A DNA stretch of 64,000 nt, from the NCBI RefSeq assembly GCF_009914755.1, contig NC_060934.1, one strand, 5' to 3'. Shown in pieces: positions 48,658 to 62,640 of this stretch (position 1 is its first letter; every line of letters starts with the position of its first letter). The notes under the pieces were generated by a model that was not told the DNA's origin, made no database searches, and saw only the letters and a program-made list of their open reading frames with translations. This DNA is from the human T2T-CHM13v2.0 reference genome, Homo sapiens. The position numbers were made by a program, and so were the translations under genes.

Positions 48658-51316
48658 AAAACTACAATAATTTCTAAAATCTATTACAACTCCAAAATTC
48701 TCTAATTGTATCTTAGTCAAATAATATGCAGAAGGAAAATTACACAACTTAAGATTCCAACAATCCTGAGACCTATGTTTCTTCTATGTATTACATAAGC
48801 ACAGACGCTAATTGGCTCTGTGTATAGTGCTTATTACTGGTGCTTACTGCTATACCCGCTTTATAGCTATTAAATACTTTAATCCTTCTAATAACCCTAT
48901 GAAGCAAATTATTGTCTTCATTTTATAAAGAAACTGACATGCAAACATATTAACTGTTCAAGTTAAAACACTGATAAGCAGTGAAGGTGAGATTTAATCC
49001 AAAGTATTTTAGCTCCAGAGCCCATGTGTGTAACTGCTAGGCTGTCGGACTTTCCAGTAAGAACTGAAAACCTTCTCCTAGAGGTTCACAGTGTTTTAGT
49101 TTTGTATACATTTTCTCATTTGATCCCATTATATTGTGCTCATTACATAAATTAATAATCTAAGAAAACAATGGCTTATTTAATGTCATTCAGCTATCAA
49201 CCAGCAGAAAACACTCTTCTAATTCTTGCAATACACCATGAGATTTTTTTCTTAGTGAATTCTTACCACTGAAAACCAGCACCACCAGAGAAATAATCAC
49301 TTAAATATAATAGATATAGAGTATATATAACAGATAAAAGAGACAATAAGAACAGCAGCAAAAAAAAACGGATTTCTCTCCTTTAAAATTCTTAGACCCT
49401 TAAATTATATTATTTTCTCTATCACCAAACTGGACTAGATTACACTAAGACCTTTGAAGCTTAGAGATTTAAGACAATTAGCTAAACCATTAGGAAAATA
49501 TTATTTGCCACACCTTTCTCTTGCCTTGCTCTTTCTTTAATTTGGCATAAATGCATTTTTTCTAACTGCATTGATTGTTCACCAAACTAGGAAGCTTGCT
49601 CTTGATGCTAGTGAAGCAATGTCTTATTATCTTGATTGTATACCAAGATTATGCTTCAGTCTGAATTGTTTACTTAATAATTTCACTGCCTTACCGAATG
49701 CCTTCTTTTGATCTGTCTTGATGTCCAAAAATATTAGGGCATTAAATTTATTTTCATTATTAAAAGAACAATATAGACTATAAAAACCACATCGCTTCAG
49801 CTCCTTTTTGCATAATATGATGGGACACATGAATTTGATCATTACCAGATGGTTTATCTGAAAGATTACCCAATAAAAATGACTGCTTTTTCCCTAAAGT
49901 CTCTTTATCCTTACATTCGATTAAATGACATAAGATGGGATGATCTAGATTTTCTTAGAGTGAATTATCTGGGAATTTAACATTGCTTTGAAAAGTCTCT
50001 GAGTGATGTTAGACATTTATTTCCCACCAGGAAGGATAAACAGAACACAACATAAAATATTCACCCTAAGCTTTAATTAAAATCATTTAAGATCAAAAAG
50101 GGAGGTAGCACAGCAATACAGGGAGGAAAACTGCAAAAACTTCAGTATCATGGACATTAAAAATACCCAGTGGTACTTTTTTTAGTGGAATTTTTAGAAC
50201 AAAATCAATTTAAATAGTTAAGAAAAAGTTTAGTTAAATAAAAAAAATTAAAATTGCAAAATGCAAACTCTGTTTATGAATGTCTTCCTTTAAATAAAAA
50301 AATGCATCTTTGCTAAGATTTTATGCTTATAGAAACACTTGCTTACTCATAATTCAAACATTTCACGAGTTTCCAGCTATAAACATGTTTATAATTTTAG
50401 AATTCTGATAGCAGATAATCATTTTATAACTATAAAACAATATCAAACAATAGTTATCTAAATAGTTTCTTGAATCATCATGTGATGTTTACACAGCTGG
50501 GCATTTAAGACCAATGTGTGAGAGATAATTGCATAGCTATAATCCCGAGCCTGTTGTTTTAAGAACAAGCAGGCTCTTGGGGAGATAAAGACAGGTTTGT
50601 GATTTTCTAACTCAAAAAGTAATCTGGAGAATAAAGTATGTAAAGACTCCTAGAGTGCAATGCTGAAAGCACAAATTTCAGTTTAAACTAGGAAAGGCAA
50701 AAGCTAATGTTTTCATTGCCACATTAATTTTCTCACATTATACCTGAGCAGTGTTCTTGTTTCTAATTATATTCCTACATGAATGCCTTATTACATATAA
50801 TGTGGGAAATATTACAGTGTGATATCTTGTGTTTCTTGGCTTGTGCTTCTTTTATATTTATAACTTTAATGTTCTACTTAGTGAGATTTTGTATATAATA
50901 ATTATGCTCCAGTACACTGACTCTGCTCCACAAAACGCAAGTACAAAGTTCTCTTAAACAGCGGGTGGACTAGTGTTTCGTGCATGTTTTTTTGGTCTTG
51001 TTTTGTCTTGCGTCATTTTTGTTTTGGTTTTTTTGACAAGTTGGATAAGAAAAACCAAATTTTTTCTTTAATTAAAAACAATAATGGAAAATAATATTAC
51101 AGATAATATAAAATAGAATAAAGAATTGAGGTTTTGTGTAAATTTTTGTGAATATATCTGAAAGGTTTTCTGAAAAACATGAAGTGTTCAGGTGTGACTT
51201 CCAGAAGCTGAAAAGCAATAGCTGTTTAGACTCTCCTTACATCATCACAAAGTTTAACAAAACTGACTTCTTGCCCAAGAGTTCATGAAATCATTTATAC
51301 TCCCAACATTTATTAA

Positions 51317-51766
<450 letters not shown>

Positions 51767-52145
51767 TGATTTTTCTTAAAAGTACTTGTCATAATACCCA
51801 AATTTTCTTAAAGTAACAATTTATAGTTTTCCAAAAGCGAACACCTAGAGAACTTTCATGGCACTTTGTTTAGCCGACAACTTTGAAAATTTTATTTTAT
51901 TGTAGTAAGAACACAAAATAAGATCTATCTTTCAACTGTGATTTTTTTTACCCTTAAGTGATGTCTGCTTTATTCTATCCCTTTCCATGAAAACTGAAGC
52001 CCCAAAGGTTGAATGAATCTTAAAAATTAGTCACTTTCTCAGTGTAAAAACATTCATTGTATCAATATGTAATTTAAATATGCTATTTTTCAAGCCAAGT
52101 ATTGTTTCAGAATTAAAGGTGTTCAAATATTCCCTCAAGAATATG

Positions 52146-52458
52146 TTTGTCCTTCGTACCAGAGGGCATTGGTTCTAGGATCCCCACTGATACCAGAATT
52201 CTCAGATGCTCAAGTCTCTTATATAAAATAGCATAGTATTTGTAGCAAACCTACACACCTCCTCTCATATCCTTTAAATCATCTCTAGATTACACATAAT
52301 ACCTAATATAATGTAACTACTATGTAAATAATTGTTGTACTATATTTTTTCTTTTTATTATTTTTATTGTTGCGTTGTGCTCTTTTTCCCCACATATTTT
52401 CAACCCACAGTTGATTGAATCTGCAGATAGGAAACCAGTGGATTCAGAGGGACAACTA
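52146..52458 (+). mobile_element. MER2
   Basis: TTGGTTCTAGGATCCCC...GATGCTCAAGTCTCTTATATAAAA...CAGAGGGACAACTA-TA. Confidence 0.85.
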
Positions 52459-53984
52459 TATTCTCCAAAACATAATCTTAAATGCTCACATTTTAGCTTT
52501 TAACTACTTACTACTACAACACAAGTTCCCAGTCTGCAGAACCTAAACCCATTCTGCGGAGTGAAACCCAAGATAATCACTCTTTAAGTGTATCTCTTAG
52601 TTGTCTCTCCATATTTTTATAGATTGGAGACATATCTTTACAACATCTTTTTTATCAGCCTTAAAGCTCTGAACATAAATCTAAAACATCAAATCTCAAC
52701 ACTGACCCTGAAGTTATATAATGCAAAAACAAACAATAAAAAAAAAAGCATTTAGCATTAAAAGAGCTGAATACAATCTTGGCTCACCTACTCCCCAGTA
52801 AGTTAACAAGACCTGAGCTAATCATTTACGCAGAAGCTTGGATCACTTTACAGAGTGAATAATACTTATCACAAGGAGAGTTTGGAAAGATGATAATAAG
52901 ATAATATGCATGTGAGAGCACTTACACTGTAAAATATACGTCCCTGAGGTTGCTGCCTGCTGCCTACTTCATGACTATTTTTGCGCCACTTTATGTTCCC
53001 GCTTCCTTGCTTCTAACTCCCATGACCCTCTATGTTTTTGCCTAATTGGCAAACATATTCTCAGTTTCTCAGCTGCAGGATACCAGGTGACCTTGCTCTC
53101 TGATTCTGCCTCTTTTCTACTATTAGTCAAATGAAGTAGCTTCATAAGTAGCACAGGCAGTTTCCTGTAAAGTGTAATTGGGATAGTGTTGGAAGGGCCC
53201 CTTTCCCAAACACACCTCCTCTACTGTTCTGCCTAGGGCATGTAGTTTCATCATCAAAATATAATTATCATACCATATATACTATATGTTAGTATAATCC
53301 ATTACCTTGGATTAAAGCACAATTTCTTCAGCAGTCCTTTACTAGATGCCAGTACCCTAAAGAATAAACTAATCAAGTAACATGTATTTGCTCAGCTTAT
53401 TTTATATACATTAGCGCTGCGCTAAATAACAAATGAACCCAATAACGGCATCGTTTCCTAAATAAGAGCCATCATCTGGAGGGAGTGGGACCACAGAGGT
53501 TAGGTGTTTCTCATTCAGCATGATAATGGAGAAGGAAAGAGTGGGCAAGAACCTAGCTTCTGAGGAACAGAAACTCAGAAGATGCTACACTCGGAAGAGG
53601 ACCCAAAGTAGCCACAGTGCAGAATGGAAGTCTTATGTATGAAAAGGATTCAAAACACTATGACATTTGCTGTTCCTTTATAATTAGCCTTCTCTTTGTA
53701 AGTAGTCCTAATGAAGAAATTTGGCAACAAATATAAAATAGTTTCTCCACAAAATAATTTTAGGGACTCCCTTAAACACAGAAAAAAATGTAGTAGCTGT
53801 TATTTAAGTGCCCAGGAAGTCTCCTCACTCCAAAATATCTCTCACATTCAACACCTAGAAATTCATTCTTCTATAGATCCAAACCATTAGGCAAGAAGTG
53901 TCCTACCAATAATGCCGTCCTTGAAATGCAAGCATTGCAGGTATAAATAACATTGAATCATAACATGCTACGTGACTTTCACTG

Positions 53985-54329
<345 letters not shown>

Positions 54330-57300
54330 TGACAAAAGAAAGTGAAGTTATCAAGTGCTCTGATAGAAAGCCTCAGTGGTCATTCATGTGGTCAGCCTGT
54401 CTATAAGTCATCTTGGGGACTGGTTTTTAATAAGCAGAGGGTTTCCTGTGCTCCAAAATTTGCTTAGGGCTGACCCTGACAACTCTATTTATTTATTTAT
54501 GCATACAAACACAGTTTAAATTAGCAAACAGATGAGTTAAAATAATGAGATTACCAAATGAACACAAAAGGTATCCTGAATCTTCCCAAACCCAATTCAA
54601 AGCCAAGCCTTAAAATCAAGAGGGACAGAAGTGCTCAGCAAACCACCTGCAATTTAACTGAGTTCAAGGAGTTAAAAGGTCTTAAAATTAACCATGAAAT
54701 GTGAAAAATATATGAATGGTCTTCAAAAACAACATTTGGGAAACTGTATGTCAGAAATACCAACACTGTGGTTGCCAAGAGTGAGGCATTTTGCGATGAC
54801 TAACAAATTAAGGCATCTTAATGTGAAAACTGATTATATAATGCATAAGCAAGCAGAGTAAGGAGGAAACAGAGGTATGCTTTCTCATTAATTCTGGCTT
54901 AGAACTACATTGCGTAACATCACCAGATTTATGAATATAGAGCAACTTTAAAAATCCACGGATGTTCCCTGAATCAAATCATTTTTATAGCTCAAAGAGG
55001 CTGTCATTTCAAATACACACATTTATTCAAAATATTTTTATTGTCTCTATTTACTATAAAATCTCAAAACTATAGTAGTCAGGATGGTCAGCAAGGGGTA
55101 ATTGGTCCAGAAAAACAATTCAGAAAAGAGAAATCAGAGAAAAATGGCTCATTTTCAGTGATGCTGCCTCTAGTTCATGTTGGGGATTTTTTTCTTTATG
55201 TATGTAGCTACACAGGGTTCTGCTATACAAATAAGTTGGATATGTTTTTTAAAATCAACTAATACTAACACAAATGTAGCACTGACTATGTGTTGAGAAC
55301 TGTTCTATGTATACTATCTCATTTAAATATAATACTCAATACACTTTAATGATGCATGGTATAATATTGTACAATAATATTAAATATAAATTGCTCAATC
55401 TCATTCAATATTTCAATGATCTGATACTTTTTAGACTAAAAATAAATGGGAAAAGAGAAAGAGAGAAGAGAAAAGGCATAATTATTATTATAAGCCACAA
55501 GTTTTCACGTATAATAGGATGAATACTATATTGGCATTCAAGTAATTTAGTTCCCACAATAAATAATAAGATACATCATCCAACCTATTATCTGCTATAT
55601 CATAAAAATAATTTTATATGCAGGATCAAAAGGGGTGATTTTCTTGACTTTTCTGTGACTATTTTCAAAAGTCATGAAGCAGAACATCCACGCAAGAGGA
55701 TAAACTGGCTCTGCAGCTGACCCCTGGAGGTACTAATGCAGAGTTTGAAAGGGGAGGAAAGCTTATTACTAGTGACCATGAGATTCCCCAGCTTATATTA
55801 GTCAGAAATAGCACCCCAGGATGGAATACTAAATCATAAGGGTATCCTACAAAGGCAGTCTAGAATGTGAGAGGTCTAGGATCTGTGGATGTCAGAGAAG
55901 TCTGTATTTTCACAAATCATAAAAACCGAAACCGCTTTAAACAGTTTTTTTAAAAAACAGCTCATACTCCCTCTGTGATTTCACAAAAGGCTGTCCGTGG
56001 ATCTTTGGCGGGGAAAAATCCCTGCTAGAGACAAAAAGGGGAACAAATTAAACAACAATATAAAACCCAAATTGATTTAAAACTTGTCAGGAAAAAAATT
56101 ATTTCACAAAAGCAAAGAAATAATGTTAAAAATGAGAATGCAAAATAACACAAAGGGGAAGTGAAAAATAGCACCGCTAATCAGCAAAGGCAAGAGTTCC
56201 AATAAATTACGGCTCATTCTGAAATGACAGACTCCAGGGTGTTTTCAATCAGTCTTCAGTGAGAAAATATTTAAAAAGGAAGAACTGTATAAGTTCAAGT
56301 AATTAACATCTTACTTGTATAGGAACTACTTAGTAGGGAGAAGGGGATAAAACTTGATGCCATAACACAGCACTTGGAGAAAACTAAGTCTCTACAGGTT
56401 AGCAGGTCCAGATGGCAAGAAACCCAAGGTAATATAACAAGCAGTGGTGGAGTATTTATTCAAACTAGTCAATCATCACTGCAAGGCCCTGGTACCTTTC
56501 TTTTACAAATGAGTTCTTGTTTCAGCCATCAACTTCATCATCCCCAGAAGCCCAAAACAACACTCCAGTTTATAACCTGATTGAATTGCAGTGATTTCAG
56601 ACCTAGTACTATTGTGATCTGGGATCTTTTTATTACGGCATCATAAACATCACTTTCAACAACTTTCCTGTATGTCTTGGCCCCGTTCTGAGAGATATAA
56701 GTCAGAGGTGGAGAAAAGGCTACAAATGCGTTGATTTGTGGCATGAAGAATTGTGCAGAATCTTTTCCTTTGATATGACAGTCCAAGGGGTATATTAACA
56801 AGGGCAGATGGTTGCCATCATTTGTTACAAGCACCTATTCATTATAAAAAAGGAAAAACAACTCATCCTTCAAGAAAGGATTTAAAGTGATACCAGAAGA
56901 CCTCGATCTTCCACTCTCCAGCCTCCCTGCTTCATCTTGGTAAGGATGTTGTTCCTAACCCTTCCTTCTATGCCAGGGAAAGGATATGCAAACTAAAAAA
57001 GAAGAAGTACCAGATGTGAAATTCTATAAAATGCCAACTGATTCACACCCTACACTCTGAGGATTTACACACACTTCCACTTCTGGCAGGACCAAGGGTA
57101 ATGAGAATTCTGCTGTCGCTGGTGAAGAAGTAGCAAATCACAGCCAAAAAGGACACCTACCCCTGGGAACGAGAACTTCAATTCCAATAAATGAGGCAAT
57201 GCTGATGAGATAAAATTTACATTTAAGTCACAAAGCTACTGGAACTGAATTGTAATAAAAAAAAGTGTCAGACAATAAAGCAGTTTGATAACGTCAGCTT

Positions 57301-57419
57301 TTTTACTGTTGTGTGTGTATCTGAAAGAAAGTTTCTTTAAAAAAAAAAGGGTAACATTTGAACTAGCATTGAAGTTATATTATTTTACAATATTTTATAT
57401 TAAGGAAATATCAAAAATG

Positions 57420-57870
57420 AATAATATACTATAGTTTATTAAGGACACATGATGGGTTAGGGACTTGACATGTTTTATCTCATTTAGTATACTTGATCCA
57501 GATAGACCCATTTTTAAGCAGCAGCAGCTCAGAAAGGGTGAGTAACTAGTCCAAAGCCCTGGCGGTAGGAAGGACCAGAAGTGGGATTCAAACTAAAGCC
57601 TGCCAGACTCCTAAGTCATTGTTGTTTGTGCCTCAGATTCCCTTTGCAAAATTCACTATTAAATTTTTTCAAAGTTATAATAATAACTATTAAGGGCTTA
57701 CTATGTTCCAGGTATACTGTCTCACTATATCTCCAAACAGCTATATGAGGTACTATTTCACCTATTTACAGTTAGGAAACTAAGACTCAAAGGAGGTAAG
57801 TAACATGCCCAGTTAGAAAGTAGGATAAACATGATTCACATTCAAATCACTGCCTCCAAAGCCTCAGCAC
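57420..57870 (-). mobile_element. Two adjacent MIR fragments
   Basis: CCCATTTTTAAG..GCAGCTCAGAAAGGGTGAGTAACTAGTCCAAAG and CCTATTTACAGTTAGGAAACTAAGACTCAAAGGAGGTAAGTAACATGCCCA core motifs. Other MIR remnants near 5.2, 14.8, 15.3, 15.7, 36.2, 47.7, 48.9 and 52.8 kb. Confidence 0.7.
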
Positions 57871-58639
57871 ATTTCCAAAATTCATAAGAGCTACAAAATT
57901 GGAACAGACATTAAATGCCTGGTCTTTGGGGAATTCCTCTATTCTGCAAATTTTAGATTTAGATTCCCACCTGTCTAGCTTCATCTTTTATGTGTTTGTT
58001 TTCTCCTCTCTTCTTCTCATTATAGATACCATAACTTCCTAGATTCATGAAATGTTAGAGATAGAGGTTCACCCTCCGAAAAATTGACCTACTGAGGACT
58101 AAAAGTAACTTAATAACAAAGTACAATATACATCCCAAATTGCTCAACAGTTGGATAAACTTTCCACTGCATGATGCCGTAATTCACCATTTCCAAAATA
58201 AGTAAATATGAAGGCATCGAGAAAAGACTATGAAAAATCCAATTCTAGTGTTTTGAAGGTAACAATTAGATATAATGACTTCGTATCAAGGGTAAATTTT
58301 TGAAATCAGTCACTACTTTAATAGGATTTTCTTATGCTATAAAAACATCAAAATATGCAACCTAGCTTTGAAAGCTCTCTAAGTTGTGTTCCCAACCTGG
58401 CAAACCCTGTACACCAGCTCATCTGTTCTACTTGCCATACCTAGTATAAGTCCTTGTCTGTCCTATTTCTGGAACTGTGACAACTTTCTCCACATTTCCA
58501 TCTTTTAAAATAATCAAACTCAACCATTCATCCTTATAGCTTCTATCACAAAGTCCCAGCCATGATCAGTTGAAGGCTCATATTCCGTTACTTTGAAATT
58601 CTATCAACAGATTTATGATGACTTGATTATACTTTTTTT

Positions 58640-59560
58640 ATATCTTCTCTTTCCCCAAGACTTCCCTAAAATGGTGAAAGAGCAATAGACACATACAAAA
58701 CAAATAAAAGGCCTAACTGAATGAGATTTTCAGCATATTTGCAAGGAGGGTGCTAACAAAAGATGGATAACTTACTTAGCAGGGAGGGGAAGCTATAACT
58801 TTAAAAGGGGAATAAAGATAAGAGAGTTGATTCACTTCACAGAACCCTTAAGGAGGTTTGGGGTTTAAAGTCTGTTTCTATGGGGTACAAAATGCCCACA
58901 CACACCTCCCTCCTACTCCCTGCACTAGATACAAGCACCAAGAGAATACCGCATTTTCCATGGGATAAATTTAACTGGAGTAGCTCAACACTCAGAGACA
59001 TCAGGTACTGTGAAGAGCAAGGAAAAAAAGTGGATTAATTAAACATCCATGTGTTGAGTTAAGAGATGCCTCCTCCTCAGCCTCTATCTCTTCATGTGCA
59101 AAAACCTGGAAACCAGGCATCTTCCACACACATAAGGAATCAAAGATTACTTCCTTGGAAAAACTGACCTGCCGCAGAGAAAAATATCTTTATTCTCAGC
59201 TTGAGGTTCTCCAGCAAAGTGCTAGGTCCTAACACCCCGGAGATTCCAAAATGAAACAGGTCAATCGACAAGGCCTAGAAACAGATCTGCAAATCAGCCT
59301 TTTAATGCTTCATTCAAACCTAGACTGACACCCAAGAAACACCAAACATTTCATGAAAGATTTCAATAAAAAGAGAGACCAAAATAAACAGAGAAAAAAA
59401 TTAAAACTGGAAGAAGCTGATATACGCTAGAAAGAGAAAAAAGTCATCAAAAAATTTTATCAGTATCCTCAGAAAGGTAAATGATTAAGATTACAATCTT
59501 AAAATAAGGACAGGATACTACAGAAAATGAAAAAGCAAAAGACAAGAAAGAACACTAAAC
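58640..59560 (+). mobile_element. Degraded ancient L1ME/HAL1-like segment (probably continuing at 60380-61340)
   Basis: A-rich ORF1-like composition; weak motif similarity only. Confidence 0.4.
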
Positions 59561-59589
59561 AATTCAACTTACACTTCATCTTATGCATG

Positions 59590-60378
59590 CAGTGAACTGT
59601 ATTTTTGTTCAAAAAAAATATATATGTTCTACCCCTCTCAGAGGGGAGGCTATCCTCCCCTGTCCCCTCCATGGCTGGCTATTTGCTATTGATTTCCTTT
59701 GGGCAATGAAATGTGTTTGAATGTGATGTTTCACCGAAACCTTAGAGCGAGCATGCGGTTGGCATTTTTCCCCCTCTGGCACAAGACTGGCAATATTCTA
59801 GATAGCAGTTAGAATATTGATATAATCTAGAATATGATATAATCTAGACTATTGATATCATCTAATATTGAATATTAGATTCCAGCATTTTGAATCCTCA
59901 AAGGAAGATGATGTGGACACATCTGTAGCTGACCCACAGTGAGTAACTATCATGATAAGGAATTAACTTTGTGGAGATGAGTAACTCAGAAATGAGGAGT
60001 TGCTTTTCAAAGGGTACAAAGTTTCAGCTAGATAGGAAGAATACACTTTAAGATCTATGTCACAGCAGGGTGACTACAGTCAAAAACAACATATTGCATA
60101 GTTCAAAATAACTAAGAGAGTAAACTTCAAATGTATCACCACAAGAAAAAAGTTAAATAGTGAGGTAATGGATATGTTAATTAATTTGATTTAATCATTC
60201 CACACTGTATACATACATCCAAAACATCAAATTCTATGCTATAAATGTAATACAATTATGATTTATCAATTAAAAATAATATTAACTTTAATAGAATTAA
60301 ACTTTTGTTGTTGAAAGCTTTTGAAATTCTGGGCATGCTTTTTTACTTCAGATAATCTGGTCTATCCTGACAATTACA
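59590..60378 (+). mobile_element. MLT1 (MaLR) LTR, split by an L1MA fragment
   Basis: CTTTGGGCAATGAAATGTG, GCTGACCCACAG, AAACTTTTGTTGTTGAAAGC, ends TCTATCCTGACAATTACA. Confidence 0.7.
59974..60291 (+). mobile_element. L1MA 3' fragment inside MLT1
   Basis: AAAGGGTACAAAGTTTCAGCTAGATAGGAAGAATA...TTTATCAATTAAAAA; degenerate TSD GAATTAA(A)CTTT. Confidence 0.85.
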
Positions 60379-60670
60379 ATAGGTTTGATCACATTGACAG
60401 GGCTTTGGATTTTATTTTAAAAGACTGACCCAAATTAGTAGGCACATAGAAAACGAAGAAATTAAAACACAAACAATTCTTAACTCTGGATAAAACGAAA
60501 AGAAATATAAGAACAAACTGTAGCCATTTTACACTATGTGATTCAGAGTAAAAAATATTTACATAGTAATAATAGCATAATCACTTCATACTGGCTGAAA
60601 TAAAAACACGAAATTACTGAAAGGATAGGAAGAAGTTCTGTGTGTGTGTGTGCATGTAAAAGCGATATGA

Positions 60671-60947
<277 letters not shown>

Positions 60948-61503
60948 AAATTATAATCTTCTTCAAAAGGAAATCTATAAAGATCTAACCTTGAAACATC
61001 AAGAAAAACAGTATACTGTGTGATATTTAGAAATATGAATATAAATACTAGAAGAAACAATTAAAAGATTTAAAATAGTTGCCTCTGAGGCATGAGAACT
61101 GGGAGACAGGCTGGAACATGGGACAGCTATTTTTTATTATAGCATTATTTGATTTATTATATGTACTATTTTGGTAAAAGTGAAAATTAAATGAAAACAG
61201 TAGTTTACTCTTATCTTTTACAAATACTGAGTTAAATATCAGAAGAAAGAGCCAAGAATTTAAAAATAGTTGTCTCTGGAAAATAATTGGGAAGTGAAGA
61301 GGGGTTAAGCACATAATAATTTGATAAAATTTAAAAAATTAAAATTTTCTAAGAGAAAATGAGTAATCTGAAATAACTGAAATTTGTGAATAAGTGGAAT
61401 TTGGTTTTGGCATAGTGGGTCAAATCATCAGAAAACAAACTCATATGAGAAATAAACTACTCAATACTGGTTTATCTCCTGGTAGAATCAATCATTTAAC
61501 AGT

Positions 61504-61853
61504 GGCCAAGCATGGTGGCTCATGCTTGTAAAGTCAGTATTTTGGGAGGCGAAGGCAGGAGGATTGATTGACGCCAGGAGTTTGATACCAGACTAGGTAA
61601 CATAGAAAGACTCCCATCTCTACAAAAATAAATTAAATTAAATTAAATTAAATTAAATTAAATTAAATTAAATTAAATAAATAAATAAAAAATCAGCCGT
61701 TAGCGGCGGCTCATGCCTGTTGTGCCAGCTACTTGGCCACTAAGGCAGGAGGATTGCATGAGCCCAGGAGTTCAAGGCTGCAGGGAGCTATGATCACACC
61801 ACTTCACTGGGCAACAAAGGGAGACCCAGCCTCTGAACAAACAAACAAAAAAG
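61504..61853 (+). mobile_element. AluJ with expanded central linker
   Basis: GGCAGGAGGATTG in both arms; (AAATT)9 linker at 61630-61674. Confidence 0.9.
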
Positions 61854-62069
61854 CTTTGGGTCCCTCTACGGCCTTTTTTGTTTTTCAAAATGAGACTTTT
61901 TAATAAGGTCACATTGGGTGCTTTAAGAACTTCAATTATTATAAAGCGTAAATTACTTTTAATATGCAGTTCCATACTTAGACTGCACAATGCACATCTC
62001 AGAGGCATTCTCAACAACCATTAAACATTTTGAATTCAATTTTCAGTTAAACCAGTATTTTATTAACAA

Positions 62070-62640
62070 CAGATTCCAGTTAAATACAACAAATATTAAA
62101 CAGCTATTGTATATGCAAATGACATTGCCCTAGGCTTTGTTGGGGATAAAAGTTAAAATATCTCAATCTTTAATTGAGTTTATAATCTTCCAAGGAATAT
62201 AAGCCATGCAATAATAACTACTAAAAATAAAAAAAATGTCCAAAAGAGATGGTTAAAGGAAAATCCTTATCATTCAGAGAACCGTGGTCATTGGAAATAG
62301 GATTTGAACATCTGAATCCAGACAGAGAATTATCTAAGAGTAAAATAGTATCATAAAGCATGAGAGAAGGACAGTATGGCACATGTGAGTGCAGAAAATC
62401 ATTCATTTTGGCTGGAACATAAGGTGGATTCAGGGGAGTAGTAAAAAATAAATAAAGTAAATAGTCTGGGAGAAGATCATGGGGCTCCTTGAGAGTCAAG
62501 TTAACCTTTTTATAATTCATATAACAGAAAGGTTGGAGTCATTAAAGATTTTTTATGAACAAGTGGCTTATCTAGATTTATTGTTTAAAAAATTAGTCCA
62601 GAAATGTATATGAGAAGGATTAAAAGGGAAAGGATGAAAG
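62070..62640 (-). mobile_element. L2 fragment
   Basis: CAACAAATATTAAACAGCTATTGTATATGCAAATGACATTG...GGAGTCATTAAAGATTTTT. Confidence 0.6.
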
